NCBI RefSeq assembly: GCF_018977255.1 | Contig: NW_024704743.1 | Location: 55,368,001-55,432,000, forward strand | DNA from: Callorhinchus milii | Taxonomy: Eukaryota | DNA: 64,000 nucleotides | Direction: 5' to 3' | In this document: piece by piece, positions 63,790 to 64,000 of the stretch | Layout of the letters: each line of letters opens with the position of its first letter | Position numbering within the stretch: the stretch's first letter is position 1 | The notes under the pieces: model-generated | What the model was told of the DNA's origin: nothing | Seen by the model: only the letters and a program-made list of their open reading frames with translations | Databases searched by the model: none | Program-made: the position numbers and the translations under genes

Positions 63790-64000
63790 TGGAGGGAGAT
63801 CGAAAGCACGGTCGAAGAGAAGGGTCGTGAGGTAGGTCTTGAAGGTGGCGAGGGAGGGGGTGAGACGGAGGGACTGCGGGATGGAGTTCCAGAGGGTGGG
63901 AGCAGTGCCGGAGCCGGGCAACGTTGCGGAGGTGGGAAAGGCAGAGCGGGTCATGGTGCAGACATGGGATAGTTGAGGATAGTTGAGGGTCAAACAAGAC
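63790..64000 (-). mobile_element. L2 fragment, internally deleted, running off the window
   Basis: Reverse-strand HLRNVARLRH joined to PTLWNSIPQSLR..FKTYLTTLLFDRAF. Confidence 0.8.

Noticed and set aside
47229..64000. TSPAN13 exon 1 (expected MVCGGF..CSKN..)
   Set aside because: No matching sequence found by eye; it probably lies beyond the window, making intron 1 longer than 16.7 kb. The Met at 47228 follows an AG acceptor and is internal.
1..64000. CRISPR arrays, operons or other prokaryotic systems
   Set aside because: Sequence is eukaryotic with spliceosomal introns; recurrent motifs are dispersed SINE/LINE tails, not regularly spaced repeat-spacer arrays.

Overview
AT-rich, repeat-dense vertebrate DNA. 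The L2/CR1 LINE and DeuSINE-type content suggests a cartilaginous fish, possibly a chimaera (inference). Two spliced genes lie tail-to-tail. (1) On the + strand is an intact anterior-gradient (AGR, PDI-like) gene with 7 coding exons at 24231-30901 (182 aa). It has a signal peptide, a CPYS thioredoxin-like motif and an atypical C-terminal KTDF, and looks more like Ag1/Agr1 than AGR2 or AGR3. (2) On the - strand are TSPAN13 coding exons 2-6 at 47228-40484; exon 1 was not found in the window. One TSPAN13 intron is U12 (minor-spliceosome) type. The most notable unexplained signal is a decayed tandem AGR paralog at ~17530-19030, with a promoter relic and three recognisable pseudo-exons in order, ~6 kb upstream of the intact gene. 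Other observations: a 116-bp near-perfect direct repeat bracketing TSPAN13 exon 5, two SINE families sharing a 3' module but with different tRNA-derived heads, mutually nested LINE/SINE insertions, a pogo/Tigger-like MITE and an unclassified A-tailed retroposon family. All alignments were done by eye.
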